Of a DNA stretch of 64,000 nt, positions 13,470-57,901 are shown in pieces. Source of the DNA: Tubiluchus corallicola (taxonomy: Eukaryota > Animalia > Priapulida); the NCBI GenBank assembly GCA_030141605.1, contig JAQGDQ010000724.1, positions 43,491 to 107,490 of the forward strand. Reading direction: 5' to 3'. A model generated the notes under the pieces. It made no database searches. It saw nothing but the letters and a program-made list of their open reading frames with translations, and was not told the DNA's origin. Position numbers and translations under genes: made by a program. Every line of letters begins with the position of its first letter. Positions within the stretch are counted from its first letter, which is position 1.

Positions 13470-13902
13470 AATAAGCGTTTTCACAGTTTCGTTGCACGCA
13501 CGCGCAGTTCCTGCACTTCAAAGGTTGCGCACGCGCAGTTCCTGCAATTCAAAGGTTAAGTGCACCACAGCAACGCGCCTTAGCTACAACCGTCATCAGT
13601 AACATGTGGGTAAAGCAAACGCCCGTCTATCGCATCAGTTCAGTAAAGTCAGTTGTTTTACGTGCACTTTACTTAATTATGCGCTCAGTCTGTGAATGTA
13701 GAGTGATTTACTAGCAGGATCTTGCTTTGGAACAAGAAAAAATGAACTACGTAAAGTTCTAGCTAGCTATTAAAATCGTTACTATTACAGTAGCATAGGC
13801 TGCGAGGCTATGACTAGTGCACTCCAATGCGTTGTCTGGTGCAGTTAACCTTTGACCTTTTAACGATCATCATCAATCGCTGGAACTGTAAAAAGGGTTA
13901 TT
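13470..13902. mobile_element. MITE family with AATAAGCCTTTTCACAGTT-type TIRs
   Basis: Imperfect TIRs; inverted copy at 46308-46692 and fragments near 34541, 55440 and 55950. Confidence 0.6.
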
Positions 13903-14064
13903 GATAGATGACACTGTGTTGTCAGCTAACGTATTTTAATGAGTCAGTGACGATTAGTCTTGAATTTATAAATAGGCCTATATAATAAAATTATGTTACT
14001 GAAATGATTATTGAACTCTCCCTGATTTGGTTTTTTTCTTCTAGGCTAGACAAACTAACCACAG

Positions 14065-14140
14065 ATGGCAGCACCTGCTGAATGTTTCGTTTTCTTGGCC
14101 GTGCTGATAATCTTTGCTATTACTGCTGTCCAATCAGAAG
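14065..14140 (+). CDS. Short-chain collagen, coding exon 1 (signal peptide)
   Basis: Acceptor TTTTTTTCTTCTAG at 14044; ATG 14065 MAAPAECFVFLAVLIIFAITAVQSE; phase-1 donor at 14141. Confidence 0.8.
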
Positions 14141-14302
14141 GTTATTTGATATGTTATATTTTATTAATTAAAATTTACATGTGATTTAGGGCCCGAATCC
14201 GAATGGTATTCGAAACGAGACCGAGACGTTTTGCATTTAAAACGCGGAAATTAAAAACGCGTGGATTAGCACAAAAGGTTAAAGGTCACGGTGGCAGGAC
14301 AG

Positions 14303-15103
14303 CAGTGGCGGCTCGTGTATAAGGCTGAATTGTACAACTATTGTTTGCAAAATCTTCAGTCTCTGGCCACGTCAGAAACATTATCAACTAGTTCTATGAT
14401 TACAACTGCCACGTTTTCTTATCCTATATGTTATCGCTTACTGAGATTACAATGAGAAATGCTTTACCTAGTGGCAGCTCATGTATAGGTACTGTTGTAC
14501 TGCAGCACCCCCAGTTTTCACTCGTTATGAGCGACAATATTCAATATAATAAGTCTTTTTTCTTTAGTTCTTTTTTAATACTTGTGCAGAACCGGAGCAC
14601 GCGAGGGAAGTATAATTTGCTTCACAGCTCAAGCAGCGCGGTGTTTGGCTGTTGTGCGCATGCGGCCAGGTTCACATGTCTGAGATAAGATGCTGTACAT
14701 TAGGTAGAAAAGGTACTGTTGCTCACTGCAGTATCAGTTGTCACGTGCTTAAAAGCCGTGTATCGGCATATTCTTGAACAATTTAGGCTATTCGTAAGAA
14801 AACAATACTTTTTGTTTAGGAGTTTATCAAGGTTATGTTTAAATTAGTTTGTTTGTTTAAAATTACAATTACAACATTATAATTACATAATGTTTGTTTC
14901 GTTTTACACAGTATTAAAACAATGGCTAAAAATCTTTTAATTTTGCGTCACCGCCACCAATTTAGCTACGAGCCGCCACTGAACGACAATTACAACATTA
15001 TAATTACATAATGTTTGTTTCGTTTTACACAGTATTAAAACAATGGCTAAAAATCTTTTAAATTTGAATCACCCCCACCAATTTTAGCTACGAGCCGCCA
15101 CTG
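14303..15103. mobile_element. hAT-type MITE with tandemly duplicated right end
   Basis: 14-bp TIR CAGTGGCGGCTCGT / ACGAGCCGCCACTG; flanks CAGGACAG / AACGACAG (6/8 TSD); last ~120 bp present twice (ending 14981 and 15103). Confidence 0.75.
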
Positions 15104-15251
15104 AACGACAGAAACCTGCTAATAATACAACTTGTTTTAAGGGCACTGTGAATTTTTTCTTTCCAAGTGCTGTTCTTTTTTTTTATATTTGATTGAATGT
15201 TTAACGAACTTTTATATTAAAGCTTTCAACGTGTAGCTTTTATTGTACTAG

Positions 15252-16037
15252 ATACTCCAGGTCCTCCAGGGCCATCAGGACCTCCGGGACCTTCAGGAGC
15301 TCCGGGTCCCGAAGGCCCCTCTGGTCCATCAGGGCCATCAGGTCCATCGGGGCCTACCGGAATTGGTGTGCCAGGGCCCTCTGGACCACCTGGTCCATCT
15401 GGAGTATGCCCTGTATGTCCACCTGGTCTACCTGGCCCACCAGGACCGCCTGGAGAAAAGGGTGATCCTGGCGATTCAGGAGAAGGTAAAGGTCCTTCTG
15501 GTGAAAAAGGTGATCCTGGACCACCAGGTCAAGATGGGCAAGATGGTACAGATGGTAACCCAGGTGACCCAGGGCAACCAGGAAGAGATGGCCGAGATGG
15601 TGCAGATGGTACACCTGGTGCAATTGGTGATACTGGTGCACCAGGCCCCCCAGGTGTTCCAGGGCCTGCTGGCGGACCAGGTGTTCCTGGAAATCCTGGG
15701 CAAGATGGTGATCCTGGGCAACCTGGCCTACCCGGCAGAGATGGCCGAGAAGGAGAACGTGGAGAAAAGGGACACCCAGGTCCAGAAGGACATCCAGGAA
15801 ACCCAGGATTGGATGGTTGGCCTGGTGTTGATGGTATTCCTGGAGAAGATGGAAAGGATGGTGCAACGGGTGAGCCAGGACCAAAGGGAGACCCAGGCGA
15901 ACCCGGATTTGGAATGAAAGGAATGAAAGGTGATCCTGGTTCTCCTGGTCAAGATGGAACTCCAGGATCGGCAGGACATCCAGGACATCCAGGAGCCGTA
16001 GGAGCACCAGGACCACAAGGAGAACCAGGTCTGCTTG
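15252..16037 (+). CDS. Short-chain collagen, coding exon 2 (entire Gly-X-Y domain)
   Basis: 786-nt phase 1-1 exon, ~260 aa of Gly-X-Y ([10 protein letters not shown]...GEPGLL) with GIG, CPVCP, GEGKG and GFG interruptions; donor GTAAGA at 16038. Confidence 0.95.
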
Positions 16038-17154
16038 GTAAGACTCATTCATAGTTTTTACATTCGTGATGTTCTTCTAACTGTTTGACACCATTCACAA
16101 TTGTTTTGATTTATAATTTTGTTTTATGATGTCAATCTTTATACGTGCACGGACACGAACTGGCAGTTGCAAGCAAGTTTTCGGAAGGATGCCGTAATCA
16201 TAAAATTTGTAAATAACACGGCCCATTTGAAGTCCTCTCCTAGGAATGCTCTCTTTGTGGCCTGCCCTTGTTATGGTATTTATGTAGAACTAGCCTACTT
16301 CAAGATCAAGTGTTTTGGAATTCTGCATTTTTATTCTTTCCATCATTTCTGAACCGTGTCATTTCAGCAATTCGGCCATTCGTAACTTGTCTTTCCACAA
16401 ACTAGCTGCACAGTATTTTAAAACTGACTTTCAGTTGCTATACAAGGTCAAAGATCAGTTGTTGACCTTCAGTTAGTAATTCAAGGTCAAAAGATAGTCC
16501 TTTATATTCAGTCGATAGTTCAAAGTCAAAGGACAGTTTTCTCATTAAAAATGCAACACATATATCGTTCTATAGAGTTTTAATAATAGAAAGTTCATCA
16601 CATATAGATGGGCAGTTCACCACTTCCTATGACAGATCGCTCACAAAATAGTGATTTTAACTAATTTGACTTATTTTTTTTAAATAGATTAAGTTTAAGC
16701 TCAAAATTTCACGGACGGTTAATTAATTATTGAAATGTTAATGCAAGATTATTAAATCCAGGCTACTTTTCAACTTTCTCACACGTCCTGGTTTTCGAAG
16801 CTTGATATCAAAACTTTATTAATTGTTGGTTTATAACTTTATTAATAATAATCCTGACATTAAGATTATAGTAGTTAAGAGAGCGGTATAGCGTTTGGTT
16901 TTGTTTGTAAGAAAGTTTATAGTTATAGGCGTACGTATAACAATACAGCACAGGTACCAATTACGGCACAGAACTATCGAGTGCATCAAAACTGAACAAT
17001 GAGAAAGGCCAGAGTCTAACCGCACTTACTGCCGTCATTGTCATCGTCATCATCATCATCATTATCATCATCCATCATTATCATCGTCGTCATCGTCATC
17101 ATCATCGCCATCTTCAGTTAATATTATTAATTATATTTTTTGTCTATATTTCAG

Positions 17155-17258
17155 GTGATACACGTAGAGTAGTCAAACCTGTTGTTATGGACAAGCATTA
17201 TCGATCAAATAACAGAAACAGATTCAAGAATACGAAACTTTTTCCTTATTTCTCGTAA
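17155..17258 (+). CDS. Short-chain collagen, terminal coding exon
   Basis: Acceptor TTTTTTGTCTATATTTCAG; phase-compatible GDTRRVVKPVVMDKHYRSNNRNRFKNTKLFPYFS*; AATAAA at 17418. Confidence 0.7.
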
Positions 17259-17267
17259 TTTCCTAAC

Positions 17268-17489
17268 CAGTGGTGTAGCTGAGAGGGGAGCAAGGGTATT
17301 GTGCGATAAAACTAGAAGGCTTTAGAAGAATCCTGTAAAGTCATTACTTTATTTATTTACTTTCTTTAAAACTGTATCTTCTTCATGCTTTGATTTTAAA
17401 CACAAAATTAAAACTGTAATAAATGTGTTAAAATTTGTTTCGTACGTGTCACGTGCTCTAACTAACCTTAGACCCTGGCTACGCCCCTG
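17268..17489 (-). mobile_element. hAT-type MITE in the collagen 3' UTR
   Basis: TIRs CAGTGGTGTAGC / GCTACGCCCCTG; flanks TTCCTAAC / GTTCTAAC; body matches 57874-58370 in reverse. Confidence 0.75.
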
Positions 17490-17781
17490 GTTCTAACTCC
17501 AGCTAATTGCATTGATAATTAATAATTACCATTGTCTCAAGTATATTTTGTAGATAATATATACATAGTTTGTCATCCACTATCTAGGATGAAGTGTGAC
17601 AGATATGCCCAGAGACCAGAGTAGCAAGCCTGTTTTTAGTGCATAGTTAGAGAATATAATTAAAATGAAGTAGCGAAATGTGTTCAGCCTACATAGAACA
17701 CCTACCAGAAGTAGAAGTTTACTTTGTTGTGTTTGTTTATAAAACACGCAGAAGGAGTTTAAATTGCTACAAAATTTAAGT

Positions 17782-18246
17782 ACCCTAACCCAAACCCTAA
17801 TCCTAACCCTAACCCTAACCCTAAATTAAACCTTAACCCTAACCCTAACCCTAACGCTAATCCTAACCTTAACCCAACCCTAATCTTAACCCAGCCCTAA
17901 CCCTAACCTTAAGCCTAACCCTAACCTTAACCCTAATCCTAACCTTAACCCTAATCCTAACCTTAACCCTAACCTTAATCCTAACCCTAACCTTAATCCT
18001 AACCCTAACCTTAACCCTAACCCAACCCTAACCCTAACACTAATCCTAATGCCAACCGTAACCCTAAGACAACACCAACCCGTAACGTTAGCCTTAACCG
18101 TAATGCCAACCCTAACTCTAACCCTAATCCTAACCTTAATCCAAACCCTAACCCAACCCCAACCCTAACTCTAACCCTAATCCTAACATTAAGCCCAACC
18201 CTAACTCTAACCCTAACCCAACCCCAACCCTAACTCTAACCCTAAA
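17782..18246 (-). repeat. Interstitial degenerate telomere-like array (CCCTAA)n
   Basis: CCCTAA, CCTTAA, TCCTAA and CTCTAA hexamer variants over ~460 bp. Confidence 0.95.
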
Positions 18247-18816
18247 CCGTATGATGATCTAATTTCTTGCTGAATCATAGACTTTGGCCAAACACGTTAT
18301 AAAAAGTCTCACACAAATCACTTTTCTATAACCTGACTGAACAGATGAACTGAGCTTAAATGCTTAATAGCGAGTTTGGGTTGCATTCTGCACTAGTGGG
18401 TGATATTTGAGAGAGTCCAAGTCCGCCACATTTTCTTGCTGAATGAGTACTACTCCTGCTTGCTGGGCTTCTGCCCGAGTGATTCCCCTGTTAGTTCAAT
18501 TTACAAAATCAATGTAAGCAAATACCGTGTTCTTGGTAACACAAACACATGTATACTCATGCGGCGGAAAAATGTGTCGAAGCTATAAACGTAGTATAAA
18601 AATAAAATAAAAAACAATTAAAAATTATTACAACTGTTGTTACAGACACTTGCGTATAAGCACCAAAAATTTGAAGTCATTTCTGCATATTTTTTCAAAG
18701 ATACTGAAGTTCCAAAGCAACAAGTCAAAAAAAGTAACAAACGCGGGAAAACTGAGTGTCACTTTGCTAAAATTTACAGCAGGTGTTTTATGTGTCCGCC
18801 ATTTTCTGAGTCCGCC

Positions 18817-20315
18817 AAGTATTTTGTTCTGAGGATGAATTAAACTGAATTACAAAAGTATTTTGTTCTGAGGATGAATTAAACTGAATTACAAAAGTAT
18901 TTTGTTCTGAGGATGAATTAAACTGAATTACAAAAGTATTTTTTCTGAGGATGAGTTAAACGAAATTACCAAAATATTTTGTTCTGAGGATGAGTTAAAC
19001 TGAATTGCAAAAGTATTTTGTTCTGAGGATGAGTTAAACGAAATTACAAAAGTATTTTGTTTTGAGGATGAATTAAACTGAATTACAAAAGTATTTTGTT
19101 CTGAGTATGAGTTAAACTAAATTACAAAAGTATTGTGTTCTGAGGATGAATTAAACTGAATTACAAACGTATTATGTTCTGAGGATGAACTAAACTGAAT
19201 TACAAAAGTATTTTGTTCTGAGGATGAATTAAACTGAATTACAAAAGTATTTTTTCTGAGGATGAGTTAAACGAAATTACCAAAATATTTTGTTCTGAGG
19301 ATGAGTTAAACTAAATTGCAAAAGTATTATGTTCTGAGGATGAACTAAACTGAATTACAAAAGTATTTTGTTCTGAGGATGAGTTAAACTGAATTACAAA
19401 AATATTTTGTTCTGAGGATGAGTTAAACTGAATTACAAAAGTATTTTGTTCTGAAGATGAATTAAACTAAATTACAAAAGTATTTTGTTCTTAGGATGAG
19501 TTAAACTAAATTGCAAAAGTATTTTGTTTTGAGGATGAATTAAACTGAATTACAAAAGTATTTAGTTCTTAGGATGAGTTAAACTAAATTGCAAAAGTAT
19601 TTTGTTTTGAGGATGAATTAAACTGAATTGCAAAAGTATTTTGTTCTGAGGATGAGTTAAACTAAATTACAAAACTATTTTGTTCTGAGGATGAGTTAAA
19701 CTGAACTGCAAACGTATTATGTTCTGAGGATGAACTAAACTGAATTACAAAAGTATTTTGTTCTGAGGATGAATTAAACTGAATTACAAAAGTATTTTTT
19801 CTGAGGATGAGTTAAACGAAAATACCAAAATATTTTGTTCTGATGATGAGTTAAACTAAATTACAAAAGTAATTTGTTTTGAGGATGAATTAAACTGAAT
19901 TATAAAAGTATTTTTTCTGAGGATGAGTTAAACGAAAATACCAAAATATTTTGTTCTGATGATGAGTTAAACTAAATTACAAAAGTATTTTGTTTTGAGG
20001 ATGAATTAAACTGAATTACAAAAGTATTTTGTTCTGATTATGAGTTAAACTAAATTACAAAAGTATTTTGTTCTGAGGATGAATTAAACTGAATTACAAA
20101 AGTATTTTGTTTTGAGGATGAATTAAACTGAATTACAAAAGTATTTTGTTCTGAGGATGAATTAAACTAAATTACAAAAGTATTTTGTTTTGAGGATGAA
20201 TTAAACTGAATTACAAAAGTATTTTGTTCTGAAGATGAATTAAACTGAATTGCAAAAGTATTTTGTTCTTACTTGACTTTAACTGAATTATAAATGTATT
20301 TTGTTTGGAAGATAA
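18817..20315. repeat. Satellite, 39-bp unit, ~38 copies
   Basis: GTATTTTGTTCTGAGGATGAATTAAACTGAATTACAAAA repeated. Confidence 0.98.
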
Positions 20316-21440
20316 GTTACAACGATAGGCCAACTGGCTATGCTTCTCTTAGGCGTTTTTTCTTTTACTAAAATAAGCTTGGTTCCCCGGGTATTTCCAT
20401 TTCTATTATTAAAAATAAACATGTTCACAATGATAACTTTTATAAACATAAAAAGATAAAGTTATATGTGTATATTAAAGCCGTCAAAATAATTTCTTGT
20501 TACTGCAAACGAAATTTAAAAGCTTATATCGCAAAAGTTAAGCCTGTGAAAAGTGTATGTAAAAAGTACCTTAGATGAGGCTGAGTTAAAACTGAATTAC
20601 AAAAGATCATAAGTATGCAAAAATAAATCACAGTCGTATCCTTCTGACGACCACATTTCTCTGTAAAGAAACGTCATGCATGCAAGTGTTCTATGATAAC
20701 AAACAAGCTTTGAGTTCACACAACCTTTTCCATTCTGCCACAACAACAACAGAGAGCAAATATTTCCAGCTGAGGCTTTTCGTTTTGACTCTAAAATTTC
20801 TTCCCTTCATGCAGCTGATGACAAGCGGATTTCACGGAAAAAATTTATTTTTGCTGACTTTGTGCATAGCAAAATAAACGAAAAACAAGCAAACATACAA
20901 AAATACTGTAATGGCTGAAGTCGAAAAAAATTAAACGTATAATAATGATCTTGACTTGCTGGCTGATAATTTATTACTGCAGGCGTATCATTTCAACATC
21001 CTCAATGAACCTTTGTGCTTTACCAGTCGCATGATTCTTTACAGCCATTTTTTTCATTTTTTAACATTTTTGTACTCATAATTCGTTTAGTTTTTGTTTA
21101 ATACGCTTCGTCATTCATCCATGTTCTGTAATTAAAAGTACTATATGTTATTTTTAAACTGCAAAGTTTATTCTAATTTTCTAGTTGTCTTTTATTTGCT
21201 ATGTAACTTGTGTGAACGAAATAAATGATATGTCAAAAAATTGACAAAAAAATCTGCTCTTGTGTTGATTGTAAATATCGTTCGCAGAGCAAAAGCACAT
21301 TTTAAAATCTAGGGGTTAGTTATCAAATGGCGAGACACAGTGTACTTTGAACTGTTACTTGTACGCGAGGTTCGTGCGTTAAGATTTACCATTGAGATGA
21401 CTGATACGGTATAGATAGACTTTATTCTACAGCTAGAAGC

Positions 21441-22628
21441 ATGTCTTTGTTGAAAAATGTGTTTATTGTTGGAGCCAAAAGGACAGCTTTTGGCGCCTAT
21501 GGTGGAAAGCTGCGTGATATCACTGCATCCGACTTGGCCGTTGTAGCAGGGAAAGCTGCTCTAGAGCAAGCAGGTTTGCTACCAGAAGCCGTCGATTCTG
21601 TAGTGATTGGAAACGTGGGTCATTCGTCTGAATGTGCGCCATATTTAGCCAGACATGTTGGACTGAAATGTGGCCTACCGGTTCTCGTTCCGGCTTTGAC
21701 TGTCAACCGCTTATGTGGATCTGGATTTCAGTCAATAATCACAGGTTCCCAGGAAATCCAGTTAGGAGAGTCAGAGATCGTGCTTACCGGAGGTGCAGAG
21801 AATATGAGCATGGCACCCTACGCCCTCTGGGGCGCACGATATGGCACAAAGTTTGGACAGCACCTGGAGCTAAAATGCACCATGTGGGCTACCCTGACGG
21901 ACCGGTACGTAAAGCTACCGATGGGTATCACAGCAGAGAATCTCGCAGAGTTGTACAGCATCACACGAGAACAATGTGACGAGTTCGCTTACCTCTCTCA
22001 GCAAAGATGGAAAGCTGCACAGGAGTGTGGAAAACTTGCAGAGGAGATCGTTCCAGTGACGTTGAAGACAAAGAAAGGAGACGCCGTCTTTGACGTGGAT
22101 GAACATCCAAGGCAGACCACTATGGACATTCTTGGTAAGCTACCACCGGTTTTCAAGAAAGACGGTACCATCACGGCGGGTAACGCCTCCGGCGTGTCTG
22201 ACGGAGCCGGTGCGGTAGTCATTTCCGGCGAAGAAGGCGTCAAGAAATACAACTTGAAACCGCTGGCTAAACTTGTTAATTACTCAGTTTCCGGTTGTGA
22301 TCCCACCATAATGGGAATTGGACCTGTGCCAGCAATTCAGGGTTTGCTAAAGAAAACTGGCATGAGTTTGTCTGCCATTGACGTTGTGGAAGTCAACGAA
22401 GCGTTTGCGCCTCAGTTTCTGGCTGTTCACAGAGAACTGGGTTTGGATCTGAACAGAACGAATGTTAACGGTGGGGCCATTGCAGTCGGGCATCCCGTTG
22501 GCTCTTCCGGTTCGCGTATAACGGCGAATTTAGTCTATGAACTGCAAAGAACTGGCGGAAAATATGCAATAGGCTCAGCTTGCATAGGAGGAGGTCAGGG
22601 AATTGCACTTTTATTAGAACGTTGCTAG
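21441..22628 (+). CDS. ACAA2: Mitochondrial 3-ketoacyl-CoA thiolase (acetyl-CoA acyltransferase 2), intronless CDS
   Basis: 395-aa ORF; N-terminus MSLLKNVFIVGAKRTAFGAYGG typical of ACAA2; catalytic motifs NRLCGSG, NEAF, GHPVG, SACIGGGQG intact. Confidence 0.96.
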   Translation: MSLLKNVFIVGAKRTAFGAYGGKLRDITASDLAVVAGKAALEQAGLLPEAVDSVVIGNVGHSSECAPYLARHVGLKCGLPVLVPALTVNRLCGSGFQSIITGSQEIQLGESEIVLTGGAENMSMAPYALWGARYGTKFGQHLELKCTMWATLTDRYVKLPMGITAENLAELYSITREQCDEFAYLSQQRWKAAQECGKLAEEIVPVTLKTKKGDAVFDVDEHPRQTTMDILGKLPPVFKKDGTITAGNASGVSDGAGAVVISGEEGVKKYNLKPLAKLVNYSVSGCDPTIMGIGPVPAIQGLLKKTGMSLSAIDVVEVNEAFAPQFLAVHRELGLDLNRTNVNGGAIAVGHPVGSSGSRITANLVYELQRTGGKYAIGSACIGGGQGIALLLERC

Positions 22629-23574
22629 GAATTTTTATTTTAAGAATTTTAATAATGACTATCGATATTTTTTGTCGTTCTATTTAAATTGAAAGAAAAG
22701 CGTAACGTAATTTTATATCAAATATCTCGGAGTATCAGTAGTTAATTAGCTAGTAAATTACAATGTGCAATTATCAATGTACTTCATGATATATCACAGT
22801 TTTATAAACAGGCGGGAATATTTTACTACTGCCTCAATGCCAGAATTAGCCTTACTGTGGTTAAAAATTGACTGCAAACTGTTAAAGTTGATAAATGTAT
22901 ATTCTAACCAGATAGTTGCCGATAGAGGGCACTTACATGAAACTCGGACTGAACAAGCGAATTCTCATCATTACAGAAACGCATCTTGTTTTGTCTATGG
23001 GTTCTCGATCACTTACCCGTCTTAATGCGGAGACTGTGGACAGAAAGACGAACCCTAGTCGAGAAAAACTCATTATTTTAACTAATGCTAGATCGTGTCA
23101 TGTAAACATTATGCGATTTAAGTTCGGGATTACAATGCATAGTTGGTACACACTAATTTTACTACTTTGATTGTTTGCAAATATTAAGTCTTTACGTTTC
23201 GAAATATCATTTTTACATGATCACGTGGTTCTTCAATGCTATTGTTTATGTAAATAACCAGAGGACAACAATATTCTGACGCTAAGTTACATATAAATAA
23301 CAAAGGAGCATATTTGTCAGGGTTATTAAAGACTTTAGTGTAAAATCTAATTGTTGGAGTTTTACGCATGCTAATAATAATGGAAGCTCAAATTTAAGTA
23401 AAGAGAAATTATCGTGCAGCACGTCTAACTGAGAGACAATCCATGAACACTGTTATCACCATTTTCAAATTTTCAATTGGCCACGTTTCACATCCGTACA
23501 AAATGGATGACGTAAGAGCACTCATCATTACCAACTTCTTAACCCACAGCGGGCATGAGGGATTCCTTTATATC

Positions 23575-24085
23575 TTTGATTCCCAACCTGGGGTACTAGT
23601 ACCCCTTGAGGGTACCTTAGAAAGTTTCAAAAAAGTAGTGTTATATAATAATCAGCGGGTGATTCAGACATCTCTGTCGACTGTGGCAACAATTCAAGGT
23701 TTTTGGTCGAAGTCTTGACCCCTGTCCACTAATATAAAGCCTCCAGTGAACTTTTTCCTGCATGAAGCAAGCTTTTCAATGATGGTGACAATCAAGACAA
23801 AAGCCCTAAACCGTCTTGACATCCATGGAGACATGAGAGTCAGTCTGTCGAAAACTGAACCGCGATTCAAAAAGTTAGTTTCTGTTATGCAACAGCAGCC
23901 ATTTCATTGAACTTTCATTTAATGCGCTTGATTATAGCAAAGAGTATAATCTATATATAATAAAACTATTCATGACATTACATCAGTGTTGATTTTTCAT
24001 TTTGATTATGGCGGGCGAAGGCTTACTAGAAGATAGTGAAAAAAATTAGGGGTACATGGAGTCCATAAGGTTCGGAACCTGGGCT
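23575..24085 (+). mobile_element. Internally deleted hAT (Buster/Charlie-type) transposon with transposase C-terminal remnant
   Basis: 23758-23910 reads LHEASFSMMVTIKTKALNRLDIHGDMRVSLSKTEPRFKKLVSVMQQQPFH*, matching the Buster/ZBED5-type C-terminus; ends GATTCCCAACCTGGGGTAC / GGGGTAC...AAGGTTCGGAACC. Confidence 0.75.
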
Positions 24086-24405
24086 TGAAAAGAAGGCTTC
24101 ATAATTAAGTTTATGCTTAGCTTTCTCTCTACAATATTCTCTCAAGGCTAAATTTGCTTTTTCTTCTGCCGTTTTCACAGAACCTAATTAGATATGCTGT
24201 TCACAATGGTTTATGGACATATCACCAACCTGGAGAGGATCTCTGTGATGAATAATGCCATTAATGTTACTGATTACCAGATCAAAGTCACGGCAGAATT
24301 GATTCAAGACTTCTAGTTTTTCTGCGCATTTCTCACGTGAAGTTGCAAACACAAACACGTCAGAGTCCTATCAAGACTTTACGACGCCCTAGGCTGACAT
24401 TACAA

Positions 24406-24600
24406 AGGAGTAAGAGAATCTTCCTAGCAGGTCAGAAATGCAGACCTTATTGCGTACATGAGGGACAGATGGCATTTGGACAGAGGAGTAAAAGAATCTT
24501 CCTAGCAGGTCAGAAATCCAGACCTTATTGCGTACATGAGGGACAGATGACGTTTGGACAGAGGAGTAAAAGAATCTTCCTAGCAGGTCAGAAATGTTGA
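24406..24600. repeat. Tandem repeat, 78-bp unit, 2.5 copies
   Basis: AGGAGTAAAAGAATCTTCCTAGCAGGTCAGAAAT... at ~24406, 24484 and 24562. Confidence 0.9.
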
Positions 24601-25678
24601 CCTGATGACGACCAGTGGCTCTTTATGCAAAATATGCGTACTGCAGCAAAATGTGAACTGTAAATTATATTCAGCTACGTTTTTGCTTGGCAATAAATAG
24701 CTGCATTTGTTCAAATCAATCTCGCCTGTGAACTATTATCTACGTACAAAACAACTGCTGCAGTTACCACCACAAATTAAGGTACGTTCACGCAAGAAGC
24801 TTTATATAAATGTGTAGGAAATAAAGACGGTTTTCATTCTGTTAACGTTGAAAATTATTACTCAGATAACCATGCAAGGCAAGAAGATGTCTATCACATC
24901 TAAGGATTATAGACACTGAACTGACAGTATCTATTTACGTTCTGGGTCTAGCGCTGCTTAACTTGCAGCCAGCACACTCGGTAGCTACCTAGCCAATAGC
25001 TAGAACATTTTCCACCAAAAAAACAGTAAGCGTGATGTTTTAACAAACAAGCGATTGTGTTAGTTTATATAGTTTTAAAAGAAAAATAATAAATTGTTGG
25101 CATTTCTTAATTAATTGAATACAGATTAAAGTTTGGTAAACAATTTGAGGATGACGTCACTGCCAATGTTTGAATGCAGGTTAAATTGCTAGAAACTGCG
25201 TCATATTTCAATAATTTTCAGAGCTAATCTTTCTAAGCTAAATTCGTTTGGTACATTTAAATAATTTGTATAAATGAGAACGTTTCAGTAGATTCAGAAC
25301 TCTAGTTAACTTCTCAGCCATTTAAACTTTTGTAGACGCTTACACAATGCGGCTTTCACTTGTATAAACCCATTTTATTCAAAAGAAGTTAACTGAATAA
25401 AACAGTTTGCTTAGTTCAAACTTAAGAAAAATTCTTCTTGCTTTTGCTGCAAGTTTCAAGATCATTTAGAGGTTAAACTTTCATAAAAGTGTTTTTTCGA
25501 ACAACGAGTTGCCATATGAATAATTATAATTATAAAAACAATATTTGCATAACTATATTGTTAACATTTACGCCTTTGCAATTTCTGATTAAAAAGCTGC
25601 GACACATTTACTTTGAGCCACTTTCAAGCTGCCTATATCCTAAGCAAGACGCAAGAAGAAACGTAAAGAAAAGAGAAC

Positions 25679-57781
<32,103 letters not shown>

Positions 57782-57901
57782 GTAAGTAAAAATACTGGGA
57801 CTTTTATCATATAAAGTGCAAATTTACTATATTTCTGTAGCTTTTGGAAAAAAATGGTTTGAACGCGTGAAATCAGGGGCGTAGCCAGGTTCTAAAGTTA
57901 G

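Noticed and set aside
15354-16052. Long alternative-frame and antisense ORFs over the collagen exon
   Set aside because: Shadow ORFs of GGN-CCN-rich Gly-X-Y codons
21441-22628. Bacterial thiolase by horizontal transfer or contamination
   Set aside because: The sequence follows animal ACAA2 along its length and is embedded in host repeats
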